Shown: piece by piece, positions 51,390 through 64,000 of the stretch | How positions within the stretch are numbered: position 1 is the first letter of the stretch | Layout of the letters: each line of letters begins with the position of its first letter | Source of the DNA: Chrysemys picta bellii | Lineage: Eukaryota | Assembly (NCBI RefSeq): GCF_011386835.1 | Contig: NC_088797.1 | Coordinates: 74,214,001 to 74,278,000 of the forward strand | Direction: 5' to 3' | DNA length: 64,000 nt | Made by a program: the position numbers and the translations under genes | The notes under the pieces: generated by a model | The model's input: the letters and a program-made list of their open reading frames with translations, nothing else | What the model was told of the DNA's origin: nothing | Databases searched by the model: none

Positions 51390-51530
51390 AGTGGGAAAAG
51401 GGAAACATTATTATCCCCATTTAACAGATGGGGAAACAGAGACATAGCAAGTGACTTGCTCAAGAGCACATGAGAAGTTTGTGGCAAATCTGGAAATTGA
51501 GCTCAGATCTTATGAGACCCAGTGTAAAGA
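51390..51530 (-). mobile_element. CORE/MIR-like SINE fragment
   Basis: ATTATCCCCATTTAACAGATGGGGAAACAGAG...AAGTGACTTGCTCAAG. Confidence 0.75.
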
Positions 51531-51584
51531 AAGGTATTTAGATGTCTAACTAAGCTCCTGAGAAAATTCTAGTCTTATTCTGTC

Positions 51585-51770
51585 TGTGTGTCAGTTCCCA
51601 TCTGTAAAAATATTTTCTTTCTTCTATGTGTTATCAGTCTTGTCTATTTAGAATGTATGTTCTTCAGGGAAGGGACTGTCTGTTATTTGGGTGGGGGGTG
51701 TAGTGCTTTACATAATGGGGTCCCATTCTTCACTGGGAATTCTAGGCACTCGCCTAACACAAATAATGAT
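51585..51770 (+). mobile_element. CORE-SINE with L2-type tail, fragment
   Basis: GTGTCAGTTCCCATCTGTAAAA...TTTAGAATGTATGTTCTTCAGGGAAGGGACTGTC...CACAAATAATGA. Confidence 0.6.
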
Positions 51771-52279
51771 CCTAAAAATAAACAACAAAACAAGAACTCC
51801 TGAGTTTCACAGAAAACCATAAACACCTTGTGCCACTTAGGCAAATTTTCTATGAATGTGTGAAGGCAGAATTTTCCCCCCAGATCTCATCAGAGGCAGC
51901 TCCAGCTCCCTTTCCTTGGTTTCCTAAATGAGGTGCAAGTTCAGTGATATCAGTGGGAGATTAGTAATTGCTCACTTTAATCAAAAAATTTTACATTTCA
52001 AATGCAATCTAGAATTATGTGAAGGGAATTTTCTCTGCAGCTACACTTTTCAAAAGCTGCAGTTTAGCCTATAACTGGCTATTTTGGGCAGCACTGTAAC
52101 TCTCCTTTTTCTTCTCTGAGAAGCTTTTGATCAAAAGCAAAGAGAACACACATCTACTTTAGTGTGTTATGATTAAACTCCAACCTGCTATTTGTGTCCC
52201 TCAGCCTCTAATACATTAGTCTCTCTTGAGAATCCCCTGTTGTCTTCCTTGTCCAACTCATCCTGCACTACACACATGC

Positions 52280-53245
52280 GCACACCAGCGCATGGGACTG
52301 CCCACCCTGTATATGCCCTGCTATGTGGTCCAGGAGATGAGGGCAGCCTTGCCTTCTACTTCTCTTGCTTTCCTCAACCAGGTCCTCCAGGAAGGTGCTC
52401 CTCACCCACCCCTGGCCCTCTGGAACTAGTGATCAGGGTCCTACCCCATGAGCCTCCCTGACATGCCCCCTGAGTCAGCTGAATGACATCCAGCTGGTCC
52501 GCCTCCAAGCCATGTCAGGAAAACATCTGTACATTCTCATGCTTCATCCCATTCACTTCCTCACCCTCATATCCCAACCCAACACCAAGTGGAGGGCCCC
52601 ATTGCCACAAGTGAAGGGCAAGGAACATTGGTGGGCCAGTCTGTACTTCATTCTGGTCCCATGGTCCATGTAGTATATTGGTGGCTGCTCCATGGAGCTG
52701 TGAGCATTGGCATGTACCTGGCACAGTTCAGTAACTCCCCTGACACCTGTCCCTGTTGCAGTGAGAGGGGAATCCTGATGCACATTAACATAGGGTGCAT
52801 CAGGTTGTGCCCCTCTTCCGGCTATTCCAGAACCTCTTACTGGAGGCTGCACTTTTCCCCACACCTCTGTGCACTGATGCACTCCGTCCGTGGCCCCCAA
52901 AAGTCTCTGGACCTCATTGTCAACCTAATCCTGGCACTGGCCAAGGTGGCCATCCATCACTCCAGGAGGAGGAAAGCTGAAAGGCTGGGGGTACTCTGTG
53001 ACTGTGGGGCCTATTTCTGTTCCCTTGTTCACTCGTGTCTCCAGGTCGAGTTCCACTGGGTAGTGTCCTTTGACTCCTTGGATGCCTTTGAAGAGCGGTG
53101 GGCACTGTCCGAGGGTCTCTGCTCAGTGTCCCCTTCTGGTTCCCTGATTTTTCAACCTTTAATCTCACTCCCGTTCCTGTTTTCTCCTGTGATGTCCTCA
53201 GCAATCAATTGTAGCCTGGACTTAGTGGTTCCTCCCCCTTAATTG
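52280..53245 (+). mobile_element. Tx1 (L1-clade) non-LTR retrotransposon 3' portion
   Basis: HLYILMLHPIHFLTLISQPNTKWR, WLLHGAV, CPCC...H...C zinc motif, LIVNLILALAKVAI, FEERWALSEGLCSV; frameshifted. Confidence 0.82.
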
Positions 53246-55984
53246 AGGGTTTGAGACATTAGTTATTGGGTGGGCCTAGACCCGCCTGGACCAGTACTAC
53301 AAATAGTACACATACACATACGTATTTATTTGGAATCACATGTTTCATTTCAGGTGTGGAGTCAGAATCTGGATTCAGAGCTTCATATTGTTCCACCATC
53401 TTGTGGGCAGCAGTTTTAACAGGGTTGCTCTCAGGCTTTCTGAGAAGACAAATAGCAGAAAGACATGGTCATTTAAGAGTCCATTTTTGGTAGACACTTT
53501 GCTGTCTTTTTATAAATTATAGACCTGAGCCTGTTCCCACTGAAATCAGTGGGAGTTTTGCTACTCATTTAAAAGGGAGTAGGTTGAGTCCCCAAGGACT
53601 TGCAAAAACGTGAGCACCTTCAGATCTAATTGACTTCAATGGGAGTTAAGAATGCTCAGCTCCTCACAGGAGGCTGTCAGCTCCATGCAGAATCTGGCTC
53701 TGCTGCAAATAATTTTGTGATGGTCTATAGGTAAAAGATACGTTTGACTTCTAAAGCCATATGCTACGAGGCAGACTGACAGGTTTCAGCCCAATGCCAC
53801 TGAAAATTGCAAAGGTATTAAATTGTGAAAATCAGCATTTACGGCTCTACTGTAATTATTCCTGCATTGATAACAATAATTATTTATTAGAGCATTTCAT
53901 AGTGGTAGTGCCATCCATATGAGGTCTCCTCCCAAAATAAATCCCCATACAAGCCATGTTTCTTTGCATGTCAGAAGGTCAAAATCACTCTGCTATTTTA
54001 AAAGAAAGCAGATTCTTGTGCTATTTCCTTCTGTCCACCCTACCAGGTAAATAATTGGATTGGGGAGGAGCTGGCTACTAAGGGTGACATCATTTTTTAA
54101 GATGACGGCTTACTGACAGACCAGCTTTTTGCTTAATTTCAAGGGTTCGTTGAAGCCATGTGCATAATGATATTATAAACCAGAGAGCAATTTCAGTGTC
54201 TCACAATGGATAGTAAATGATAAAAGCACATATTCCCTCTATGTTAATGCACATGTCCATGTGCACCATCATCATCATTATTGATAGTATAATACTGCAA
54301 TCAGCATTTGATGTATTTGACAGAACATTTAAATTATTTTAACAATACATAGATTGGATTTTCATTTTAAACTGCTAGTTTTAGAGGCACTGCCTATAAA
54401 GGGCCAGATTTTGCCATCCTTACATTGAGTAAATGTGCAAATAGTCCTGCTGATTTCAGGGGAGAATACAATGTCTACTGAACAGGAGTAAAAATGGTCC
54501 GAAGTGGTTTAGTTTATATGTATTGTGGGTTGTTTGTTTTTTTGGGGAGGTTGGGGTTTTTGAGGTTTTTTTTCCTTTTGTTTCTAATATCCATTGAAAA
54601 CCTCTTCCCTTTTGCATGTGACAAATAGTATTTCGCCCCGTATTCCGAATAGAGCTTGAATAAACAATGTTTTAGTTTACTGCTTGTTTGTGCGCCTTGG
54701 TAATGACAGTGCAGTGTGGGCACAGGGGTGGCTGTCTACATAATCTGTCCAGTTTAGGTTTTTCTTACAGTGGATTAACCGGGAATAAAGCATATTCTGG
54801 TGAGTACAACAAAACAGTGGTTATCTGTTGCTTTTGTTCTATGTGCTTGGTTAAGGACTGCTGGAGGGAAAGAAAGATCATTAGAATCAGGAGGACATTA
54901 CTCACTGGATAATCAAGATCAAACTATGGGTCCAGTTTACAATTCCTGGAGACTTCCAGAGCCTCCTATCTTGCAAGAGATATCCTGACTGGAAGAGTGA
55001 ATTCCACTGAATAACACTGAGTTCTGGGGAAAATGAAACTCCCTGCCTGTAGATAGCTTCTGTTTCTGGTGACTTTGTAAAGCCCTAATATGGCTGAGTA
55101 CAATCCTTGAAACCACAAAGAGCAATTGTTTACCATACTTACCCATCCTGAGTAATAATCTGTGATTAGCTTCATTGATTTCAAGTAACCCTGTTGATTT
55201 CAATGTAAGTATGGGCCCCGGAATCTAGTTCATGGTATATTCTCTTTCTTTTACATTCCTCTGCTGTCTGTTAAGTACCTCCCAGATTTTTTCCTCATTC
55301 TTCCCCACAGGATGTAACTAGAAACATTAATTCAATTAAGATCCATTGCAAAATGTCTACCAACTGCTGTCTCTTCCCACATAAAATACTATTATCTTGA
55401 CCACTCGGCCATGCGTTCCTGCCAGGTGCATATTATTAACTGTTGGGTGTCTAGTTAAAATCATTGATCAACATCATAGAACAAGTCAACTGAATCCATT
55501 CTAGTGGGGAGGGCTGCCTTTCTTATTTTACTGGTGATAATTGCCCTGATGTCATTATGTTGCCTTATGCTTCAGCACTGATTTATAATGCTGCTGTGAT
55601 ATGCTTCCTAGGTTGCATCTCTGAGAAGTGGATACAATTCTGTCTTTTACAAGCCTTCAGGGAAGACCTAATTCAACCAGGCTAGTCATGATTTATAGCC
55701 CCTTATCCTAATAGGCTTTTCTGACAAGCCTGATGTCAGGAGGATACCATTAGACACAGGAAGCAGACAAAAATGTGTTTTTGTTTATTGTCGTGGGATG
55801 TACATGACATTACAATCCAGTGAGTGAAACCTTTGTACTTGAGCCAGTGATCCTAAGTGGTTTAGTTTATATAGTTTGTTTTGTTTTGTGGGGTAGGAGG
55901 GCACTGGGGGTTCAAACAACCAAGGAAGGGACTCTAAAGGTTCGCAAAGAGTGCAAGGTGTGTGTATAGCTAGTCTGATCATAC

Positions 55985-56185
55985 TAGTAATAATTATGAG
56001 CACTTACATGGTGTGTCATGTTTTCAAAACTAAAACTAAATAAACATCACAACACCGCTGTGAGGTCAGTTGGTGTTTATATACATGGAGAAACTGAGAT
56101 AAGTAGATAAAATAGCCAGTCCAAACTACATACCAGGTAAATGGCAGAGCAGGAATTAGAAGTCAGACCTTCCTGCTGCCCAACC
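55985..56185 (-). mobile_element. CORE/MIR-like SINE remnant
   Basis: CACAACACCGCTGTGAGGT...GGAGAAACTGAG...GGCAGAGCAGGAATTAGAA. Confidence 0.55.
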
Positions 56186-57765
56186 ATTTGCTACTTCCTA
56201 TCAAACATACTGTTCTCTGACTGTCTTCGGTAAGCACTCAGTAGTTGTACCCTAGTTCCCAAGGTTCCCAGGAAGTGTTTTAAAAAGATCTACCTTGTGT
56301 CTCCATAATGATTCATGTATCGCCAAATTTGAGGTTTATCTAGCCACCTGCAACAACCTAGGGTGGTTATTTTCCTACTTCCTACCCTCCAAGAGAGAGA
56401 TGTTCCTTGTTGCTCTTTCTGGATTGACTGGTCGTGGAATGACATTTACAGGGAAGCAAGTATTCATATGCTTTATGGGTAGATGCAGATCCAGAGTGTT
56501 TAAATACTTACATCTCTTTAATTAACCCAGGATCTTCATTGACTGCAGTATAGAAGCCGTGTATGAGCCAAAAGTCAAATTTCAAGAATAGCCCTAGGAT
56601 AAGCCTCTCCCACAGCTTTAATACATTCAAACAGCCACGGCCACACATATAGCTGCAGAATTAGTTTTTAATATTCACTACAGCAGGAAGCACATTTTTG
56701 TTATAAAATGGGGTTAACACCACAAGCCAAATGTCAAATTTGAGAAAGCAAAGAGGCTTTTGTCACATTGAATTAAGGGGTATGAAGAGGGTAAGGATTT
56801 TGGCAATATGATTTATATCCTCAGGCAAACTACAGTATGCATGGTGTTCTTCAGACCTATCCGCAATCTAATCTGGAGGCATCAAACTCAGTTTGAAAGG
56901 GTAATTCATTTGTAATCATCTATTAATTCTGAGCCCTTCACTGCAAACCATGAGGACCACTTGAATGTGAGATGATGGTACATCATTCACAAAGAACATC
57001 AATAACGTGCGCATTGCTGGAGATTCTATTTTGAAGGTTAGATTTGTGTGGACCTTTTGTGTAGTGGAATGTGAAAGTAGGCAAAACTCACTTGATTTCA
57101 GGTTATACACAGGAAAGGCTGGGATCCTTTGTAAAAGCTTAAGATTCCCCTCTCTCTTATTTAGTGTAATCTTCTGAAAAAGAGGCCAAGTACACTATAA
57201 GTCTCTTCCCAACACCTTCTGGAGGTGTTATCTGACGACCTTCTGGATCTTTAGCATTTGTCCCCCCTCCTGTGTGTTTACGCTCTAATTCGTGGTTTCT
57301 GTGGGTGAAGGAGGCAAACCAAATGCTAATTTCTACAGCAGCAGGAATATAAATTCCACTAAGATGGCTGTTGCCAGTGCTTCTGTGGCTCTTAGCTTTC
57401 GGCATGTCTACACTACAAACTTAAGTTGACATCCAGTCGCTGCAGTGATTAAGTTGGTTGTGCATGTCCACACACACTCCTGGTGTTGGTGGAATGTGTC
57501 CTCACTAGCAGCGCTTGCATTGATGCAGAGAGCAGAACACTATGGATAGCTATCCCACAGAGCAACTTGCCACAGGGTGTTTTGGGAAGATCTTGCAATG
57601 CCTCATGGAACCAAAACATTCTTGCAGCGGTGACTGGGAACATGGCTTCAACGTCCCATGATGCAGTTTTCTTCCTCCCCTAATTTCATCTGCAACCCAT
57701 AATATTTCTTGCCTTTTATTTTCAAAAGGTTGGCGTGGCTATACATATGCCATTCGCTGAGAAGC

Positions 57766-59776
57766 ATGGACACTGCTCAGCTGTGCGCTATTGTGGTGAG
57801 CATTGCAAACACCATGCCTTTATCCTGCAGTATTTCCAGAGTCGCAAGAGGAACTGCCGCATGGAACATGGCTATGTCCTTCAAGTAGCCCTCCTGGAAG
57901 CCATGGAACAGAACAATTCCCAGTTGCTGTTGGCAATCATGCAGCAGCTGAACACAGTGGAGCGCCAGTTCTGGGCCTGAGAAAAACACTGACAGGTGGG
58001 ATCGCATCGTTATGCAGCTATGGGACAACAAGCAGTGGCTGCAGAACTTTCAATGCACAAGGCCATTTTCCAGGAACTGTGTGAGGAGCTCTCCCTCACA
58101 CTGCAGTGCAGTGACGCTAAAATGAGACCTGCTCTTACAGTGGAGAAGTGAGTGGCCATCGCTCCGTGGCAGCTTGCAATGCCAGACTGCTACTGGTCAG
58201 TGGGGAATAAATTTGGAGTTTGTAAATCCACTCTGGGGAGTTGCTATGATTAAAAGTATTCAGGGTCTTCTGCTAATCACCTTCTGCTAAGAAGGGTAGT
58301 GACTCTGGGTAATGTGCAGGACATACTGGATGGTTTTGCTGCAATGGGGTTCCTTAATTGTGGTGGAGTGATAGATGGCATGCATATCCTTAACTTGGCA
58401 CCAGACCACCTTGCCAAAGAGTACATAAACAGAAAGGGATACTTTCCTATGATGTTGCAAGTGCTGGTGGATCACTGGGGGCGTTTTACCAACATCAACA
58501 TGGGATGCTCCGGGAAGGTGCATGACATTCACATCTTTAAGAACACAGGTCTGTTCAGAAAGTTGCATGCATGGATTTTCCTTCCAGACTGCAAAATCAC
58601 TTTTGGTGATGCTGAAATGCCAATAGTAATCCTGGGAGACCCAGCCTACCCCTGAGTCCCATGGTTCATGAATAGGGCCCTACCTAATTCACAGCCATAA
58701 AAAAATGCATCATGGACCATGAAATCTGTTCTTTTGTATGCTTTTACCCTATACTGTACAAATTTCCTGGTGGAGGCCAGCATTGCTCAAACTAGGTTCT
58801 TAGTCACAGGGGAGTTGCCAGGTTATTGTAGGGGGGTCATGGTATTGCCACCCTTACTTCTGTGCTACCTTCAGAACTGGGCGGCTGAAGAGCGGCGATG
58901 TTGGCTGGGTGCCCAGCTCTGAAGGCAGTGCCCCACCAGCAGCAGTCCAGAAATAAGGGTGGCAATACCATACTATGCCACCCTTACTTCTGCACAGCTG
59001 CCTTCAGAGCTGGGTGGATGGAGAGAGGCAGCTGCTGAGTGAGGGCCCAGTTCTTCAAGCAGCAGCGCAGAAGTAAGGGTATCAATACCATACCATGCCA
59101 TCCTTACTTCTGTGCTGCTGCTCATGATGGCGCTGCCTTCTGAACTGGGCTCCTGGCCAGCAGCCACTGTTCTTTGGTTGCCCAGTTTGGAGGGCTGCGC
59201 TGCCACCAGAAGCAGAGCAGAAGTAAGGGTGGCAATACCACAAGCCCCCTACAATAATCTTGCAAGCCTCCCATTACCTCCTTTTGTCCAGGACCCTTAC
59301 AGTTACAACCCCATGAAATTTCAGATTTAAATATCTGAAACCATGAAATTTATTATTTTTAAAATCTATGACCATGAAACTGACCAAAATGGACCGTGAA
59401 TTTGATAGGGCCCTATTCATGAAGCTGTACACTGGGCACCTGGATAGCAGCAAGGAGTGGTTCAACAATAGGCTCAGTAAGTTCAGAATGGTGGTTAAAT
59501 GTGCCTTTGGCCATTTGAAGGGTCGCTGGCGCAGTTTGCTCACTAGGTTAGACCTCGGTGAAAAAAATATTCCCATGGTTGTAGCTGCCTGCTGTGTGCT
59601 TCATAATATCTGTGAAGCAAAGGGAGAGAAGTTTCCATACGGGTGGGGAATGGAGGTGGATAGACTGTCTGCTAATTTTGATTAACCAGATTACCAGGGC
59701 TACAAGAAGAGCTGAGCACGGAGCAATGCATCTCAGGGAGGCTTTGAAAACCCATTTTGATAATGACCCACAGTAA
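57766..59776 (+). pseudogene. Harbinger DDE transposase, frameshifted and split by a hAT MITE
   Basis: VERQFWA, GGVIDGMHI, NRKGYF, GKVHD, GDPAYP, then after the insertion MKLYTGHLDSSKEWFNNRLSKFRMVVKCAFG (catalytic E to K) and CCVLHNIC. Confidence 0.9.
58673..59415. mobile_element. hAT non-autonomous element (743 bp) with internal hairpin modules
   Basis: Perfect TSD TTCATGAA (58665-58672 / 59416-59423); TIRs TAGGGCCCTACCTAA / TTTGATAGGGCCCTA. Confidence 0.92.
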
Positions 59777-59867
59777 TGTGCACTTCTTTCCTGTATTGTG
59801 CCTACCCATAGTCTGAACATTGCTGTGACTGCTGTGTGTTTCTCATGCACCTCCCCGCAGTACCTCA

Positions 59868-60158
59868 GGCCTGGTCTACACTGTGGGGGATCGACCTAAG
59901 ATATGCAACTTCAGCTATGAGAATAGTGTAGCTGAAGTCGACATATCTTAGGTCGATTTACCTCGCATCCTCACGGCACAGGGTCGACTGCTGCCACTCC
60001 CCCATTGACTCCGCTTCCGCCTCTCGCTGCAGTGGAGTACAGGAGTTGATGGCAGAGTGATTGGGGATCGATTTATTGCCTCTACACTAGACGCGATAAA
60101 TCAATCCCTGATAGATCGATCACTACCCACTGATTCAGTGGGTAGTGTACACGTACCC
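59868..60158. mobile_element. Harbinger-type MITE nested between the transposase and Myb-like genes
   Basis: Ends GGCCTGGTCTACACT / AGTGTACACGTACCC; TSD TCA (59865-59867 / 60159-60161). Confidence 0.85.
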
Positions 60159-60329
60159 TCAGTTTCCCTGTCCCTCCCCTCCCCACACTTTGAATTAATA
60201 AAGATGATTTCATTTTCAAGACCCCCTCGCCTACTGGAACGTGTGTGAGGGGGAAGGGTAGGATGGCGATGTTGGAATGCTGTTCAGCAGGGGCTGCAGA
60301 GGGAGTTGATCCTGCTTAAAATGTTGAGG

Positions 60330-60705
60330 AGTCTCATACTCTGTGTTGCCTGCAGTGGCCCAGGGCTCCGACTCCTCAGAGGTATCCATGCTGCTCTTGG
60401 GGGTCATGGTGGGGTTGCCACTGAGAATAACATGCAGCTCCTTGTAAAAGCAGCATATCTGCGGTACTGATCCAGAGCGACAGTCTGCCTCCCTTGCCTT
60501 CTGGTATCGCAGTTCCTTGATTTTCACACAGCACTGCTGTGTGTCCCTAGTGTAGCCGTTCTCCCCCATGCCCTGCATGATCTGCTTGTATATATCTATG
60601 TTTCTATGGCTGGCTCGGAGCTGTGCCTGCCCAGCGTCTTCTCCCCACAGACCCAGCAGATCCACCACCTCCTGTGTACTCCAGACAGGAATGTGGAGCA
60701 GGCAT
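60330..60705 (-). pseudogene. Harbinger Myb/SANT-like gene, exon 1 only
   Basis: VDLLGLWGE...YTRDTQQCCVKIKELR...FYKELHVILSG; no second exon visible. Confidence 0.85.
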
Positions 60706-63309
60706 GATCAGTTGGGCAGGTGAGCTCTCCATGCTGAACAAACAGGAAGTGGCAATTCAAAAGTTCCCTGTCCTTTAACAGGGGAGGGGCTGTTTCCTAT
60801 GTACTTGGCTCCTGGGCAGCAGAGTTGAGAACAGTGACCAGAGCAGTCACAGCAGAGCATTGTGGGACACCTCCTGGAAGCCAGTTAAGTTGATGTAAGC
60901 AGCATAGTGTCTACACTGCCACTACTTTGACATATCTACATCAAATTAAGTGCTATGCCTCTCGCAGAGGTGGAGTAATTAAGTCAACATAGCAGGTGAA
61001 TTACATCGGTGGAAAGGACCTGGTAGCATAGACACAGACATTAAGTCAACGTAAGGCAGCTTATGTCAACCAACTATGTAGTGTAGATCAGGCCTTAGTC
61101 TGAGAATGGCTTTTATTTTTCATATTATTAAAACTTTTACTACTGGCAGCTGTCTTTAAAACTGCAATAAATTTCCACTTTATCTACTTCTAGTTTTCTT
61201 GGCAGATTAGGTCATGTGGACAGATGAATTAAGAAGAAAAGGGAATAATAAAGTATATAGGGCTAGACTGAAACCAAGCTAAGGATCTAGCCAATAGCAT
61301 TCAAGTCACCAACAGTCCATAGTAAAATATTTAATCAGAAATAAAGAGCCAATGTGGTTGCTCCAGGTGCTTTTTAACAACTTGAAAATCAAAAAGGGGC
61401 TAAAATAAAAGATTGAAAGAAAAAAGAGCAAAATATACGACAGGAGTGAGATATAGGAGAATAGTGTGGAGTGAAACTAGACAGGCAATGTGTGGAATAC
61501 AGGAAGGAGTAATAGTACTTCCAAATATCCACCCTTTTCTTTCTTTACATCCCCACCCACATTCATTCCCACAGGGTCTTTCTAGCACTGCTGCTAGTAC
61601 TAGACCCTCAGATCCTGGCATGCTGGATGCACTGGGACCCAGATTGTGGCTAGCCTCTGCTCAAGGGTTTGAAGGTAGGAAGGGATGAAATGTTCCTTCA
61701 GCTGTCTCCCCCCAACCCACACATCTGGGAGGAAATAGGGACAATCTAGCTCCAAAATGTGATTGGGTTTAAAGTTATTATATACTATTATTATAAATGA
61801 GCCAGACCTTCAACTAGTGTTAATTGGAGTAGCCCCACTGACTTCAATGCAGCTATGCTGATTTACTTCTGCCGCAGAGAGACTGGCCAGCATGCTTTAT
61901 TAGTATTAAAATCTCTAAGTTCATTTCATTTTGTAACTCATCCAAACAATGATGTGGATTGCTTCCCTCATCCCCTTTCCTGCAGGCTGGTAAATGTACT
62001 ATACATAAAACAGCCACTTTATTCATCTGAGGAGAAATTGCTCCTCATACTTAAAATGAGATTGGAATGTGTCTGTGCTTGTTCTAAGATACTGTCACCT
62101 GGCCTATGGCCTATATTGTATGTAGTTGAAACCTATTTTATGGGACTCAGAGATGTTCAGAAGTGATGAGAGCTGAGGCAGTTACTAACATGGTGACAAT
62201 GTGGGTCCTTTGTCCCTTGAACAGGGGAGGTTTCAGATGAGAGACAGCCCTGTGTTTTCATTTCTAGCTTTTGGCAGCATGATTTCCAATGGACTTTATT
62301 TCCTTTCTGATAGTTGATTCCATGCTTTGAACAATGTCAGTGTCACAATGTAAATAATGACCCCTACTAAAATCACAGTCTAGAAGGAAATTCTTGGTGT
62401 GATAGCTGTATGTTTTGCATAATAGATTTCCTTTGTTTCAGGTATGTTGTGTTAAATGGCAGCCCATCAACATGCTCCCATGCTTTACATTTTATGCATG
62501 CAGAATGCATGACTTATTCCTCAGAATTGTATTTAACATGGAAAAATAGTGAGAATTAATCTTTGGCAGCTGTGCAGTTTAAGCACTTTACTGGTGCAGT
62601 TTTATTCCAATTAGACTTTTTGTATAAAACTTCATTTAAATTTAGAAATGGATTTCTACCCTGCCCTGCTCATTCTTCTACAAATAACTGTTGACTCATG
62701 AATTCATGAATTATTTCATAACCCCTAAGTCATATAAACGATAACAAAAAATTTTATATTGGCAGCCAGCTCATGTTTCTCTCTGATGAGAAACCTCCTC
62801 CTCCATTATTTTCTGTACTTAAGAGCTTCCCTTCACTAAAATACAATAGAATGGACTGCCAAGGTCTGAGGACTGCCTTCAGGCCAGTCTACAGTTTCAT
62901 GCACATGCAGAATAAAATATGGCATTAAAGGTTTGCAGGTGTTCAGAATACCGGATACAACGACAAAACACGGATCTGCAGTTCAGCAGAAAATTGGAGA
63001 CTGCTCAAGCTGCAAAATGTAGATCTGAATTTCCACTATCCCAAAGTTCAGGCATGTTTTGTGCCAAAATTCTGGTTTGGCCCATTAAAAAGAATTGTTT
63101 GCAAAATGTGGTTACCGATCCATGTTTAGATTTTAAACAGCCCTAACATTCAGAGAGGTTGAATCTGGAGTTTGGGTTGGGCCATTTCTATATAAAATAA
63201 TATTTTAAAATAATGAAACTAAAAATAAATAAATAAATTGGACTCTGGACTTCACTTTCTTTTGAGGTCAGTTCTAAAGTCCATTGAAGGTAATGGAAAG
63301 ACTCTCTTG

Positions 63310-63522
63310 TGGCATGTCTATATGGTAAGTTAGTGCACAGCAAGCTAGGGTGTAAATCTACACCATGCCAGCATGCTTTAACCTAGCACTATGCAAAGTC
63401 CATTAGGGAAATTTTAGTGCACAGCAACAGTGTATACATGGGCACGTAGTGTGTGGCATGCTGACACACAGTACATTTACGCCCCAGCTTGCTGCATATT
63501 AACTTACTGTATAGGCAAGCCC
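63310..63522. mobile_element. Harbinger-type MITE with long imperfect inverted ends
   Basis: GGCATGTCTATATGGTAAGTTAGTGCACAGCAAGCTAGGGTGTAAAT vs ATTTACGCCCCAGCTTGCTGCATATTAACTTACTGTATAGGCAAGCCC. Confidence 0.7.
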
Positions 63523-64000
63523 TGCAATTCATAGAGGTTTGGATCAGGCACTAGCTTTTCTTTGTAAATTATATATTGCCATTTCTTTTATTATCATATT
63601 TTGTTTTGTGTTAGCTGTTTCAGAGCTTCAGGGCTCATTAAGATAAATACGTTCCACCTGATGTGTCCTGTGGCAGCGAACAAATTGAATACAAGATGCT
63701 ATCCTGTGGAAAGGATGAGCCTGGGGAACTGGTGACAAACTCATAAAAAACGTTAGTGAACCTTTTTGTTCTGAACTGAAATTATTTCAGAAAGAAAACA
63801 CAGAGGAAATCTGGATAGAGCAAGGGAATAACCTAATCCAACTGGGCATATCCTAACTGTTTTGATCATGCAGGGCCAGGTCATCAGCTCCTGTAAATCA
63901 GGGTAGCTCCGTTGGAACTAGTAGAGCCATCCCAATTTATTCCAGCTGGCATTCTGTCACACAGGTCCTAATTTTTAAAGTCAAAGGAGTCCATGACTAT

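Larger units (their letters stand above)
57400..61094. mobile_element. Second, older Harbinger transposon, partly deleted, with two nested MITEs
   Basis: Left end GGCATGTCTACACTACAAACTTAAGTTGACAT resembles the reverse complement of the right end (...GTCAACCAACTATGTAGTGTAGATCAGGCC, followed by TTA); transposase on +, Myb-like gene on -. Confidence 0.88.

Noticed and set aside
635-63146. Remaining 60-135-aa ORFs in the track
   Set aside because: No recognisable domains; they are antisense or alternative frames of transposons, or chance ORFs

Overview
Vertebrate genomic DNA with no host protein-coding exon I can recognise, so it is intergenic or deep intronic. The repeat repertoire (CR1, CORE/MIR-like SINEs, Penelope, Tx1, RTE, GC-rich hAT MITEs, Harbinger) points to a reptile, most likely a turtle (inference). 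Main content: (i) a 3,978-bp full-length PIF/Harbinger transposon (31635-35612; 18-bp TIRs, TTA TSD) with convergent DDE-transposase and spliced Myb/SANT-like genes, both pseudogenised, and a matching 654-bp MITE 4 kb upstream; (ii) a second, older Harbinger (57400-61094) with two nested MITEs; (iii) an internally deleted Gypsy element with RNase H directly before the PPT and LTR (Gmr1-like order) and a 49-bp A/B minisatellite in its LTR; (iv) three Penelope remnants carrying hammerhead-ribozyme cores, two of them intact; (v) RTE, Tx1 and CR1 LINE fragments and many MITEs with visible TSDs, several nested; (vi) an unexplained 151-bp palindrome with perfect 72-bp arms at 4028-4178. There is a 130-N assembly gap at 20628-20757. 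Family names come from recalled motifs and visual alignment; no database search was run. Boundaries of old repeats without TSDs are approximate.
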